Shown here: positions 63,292 through 64,000 of the stretch, in pieces
Numbering within the stretch: position 1 is the stretch's first letter
How the letters are laid out: each line of letters opens with the position of its first letter
NCBI GenBank assembly: GCA_020891255.1
Contig: BQFW01000011.1
Location: 1-64,000 of the forward strand
Reading direction: 5' to 3'
Length of the DNA stretch: 64,000 bases
From: Entomortierella parvispora E1425
Lineage: Eukaryota > Fungi > Mortierellomycota
Notes under the pieces: model-generated
What the model was told of the DNA's origin: nothing
Databases searched by the model: none
What the model saw: only the letters and a program-made list of their open reading frames with translations
Position numbers and translations under genes: made by a program

Positions 63292-64000
63292 ATGACGAAG
63301 AGACGACCAGCAAAGGATCTGTTCCTCCCTCCGAAGCAAAAAAAATTTGTCCCATCGAAGGCCTCAGAGGAGACGATTGTACGATCTGCGCCTAACTTTC
63401 TATCTCCTCATCGAGTCAACTTCGATATCGGCGAGCAAGCCATATTGGACAAATTCAACCATTTAGTCCTGGATGCAGGCATTCCTCTCGTCATATCTGG
63501 TTATCTTGAACATCCTAAATGGAACCCTGATCTTTTCACCGACGAAGGAACAAGAAAAGAGTTTCAACGATATGCTTCTGGAAAGAGTAAGCAAAAGCCA
63601 AATAGAATAATTTGATAGTTTGCGTATTAATTAACGTACTCTGTTCTGTAGGGATCATCACCGTCAGGGAGGAAGGCAAGAATGGAGGCGACATCAAGAT
63701 GCCATTTGATGATTTTTGGAAGGCAATCAAGACTGAAGGATGTCCTCTGTATGGCAAGGATCTCACCTGTGGGGCAAAATGGGAGCGGGCCCTACAAAGC
63801 GTTCTTCCGCCTTTCTTCGTGTACAGGGGCATTGGTGATCTCAGTAAGCTGATGTTTCATGGTTTATGAGTCTATTTTTTCTTCTAATACTATACTAAGA
63901 ATTTTATTTCAAATTTTCTTTTAGACAAGAGATCAAAAGGAGACGATCAGAAAGTGTCCTCTGTCAACATGATGGTCTACATAGGCACTGGTGGAACGTC
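63292..64000 (+). CDS. Probable JmjC-domain protein, runs off the window edge
   Basis: Spliced ORF with LYGKDL..WERALQSVLP..GDL..VNMMVYIGTGGT, as precedes the JmjC HxD motif; the HxD itself is outside the window. Confidence 0.45.

Noticed and set aside
10968-64000. A single Starship-like giant element
   Set aside because: No captain-type recombinase at a boundary; the only tyrosine recombinase is a self-contained Crypton with its own ends

Overview
Fungal DNA, most like Mortierellaceae judging from the 5.8S/ITS2/28S junction sequence. The left 11 kb is the edge of an rDNA array. It holds one complete minus-strand 18S-5.8S-28S unit, an IGS with two identical plus-strand 5S genes, and IGS subrepeats. 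The IGS breaks off at ~10967. The remaining 53 kb is dense in transposon-derived sequence: a Tc1/IS630 fragment; a Myb-like gene paired with a catalytically dead Harbinger nuclease; a GCM-domain Mutator transposase fused to a USP-like protease and a PARP-type zinc finger; a Crypton tyrosine-recombinase element inside intron 1 of a prolyl oligopeptidase gene; three Ty3/Gypsy relics; small secreted Cys-rich proteins; and a JmjC-like gene at the edge. The strongest candidate for a new system is a large Fanzor/TnpB-type RuvC nuclease fused to an N-terminal XPG/FEN1-type flap nuclease. It occurs as a full-length pseudogene at 48193-52615 and as a second, RuvC-intact 3' half at 34622-36077. Both copies are co-oriented with 28S relics that all break at the same peptidyl-transferase-centre site, the segment homologous to the I-SceI/omega site. 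All domain calls come from motif recognition by eye, and no database searches were run.
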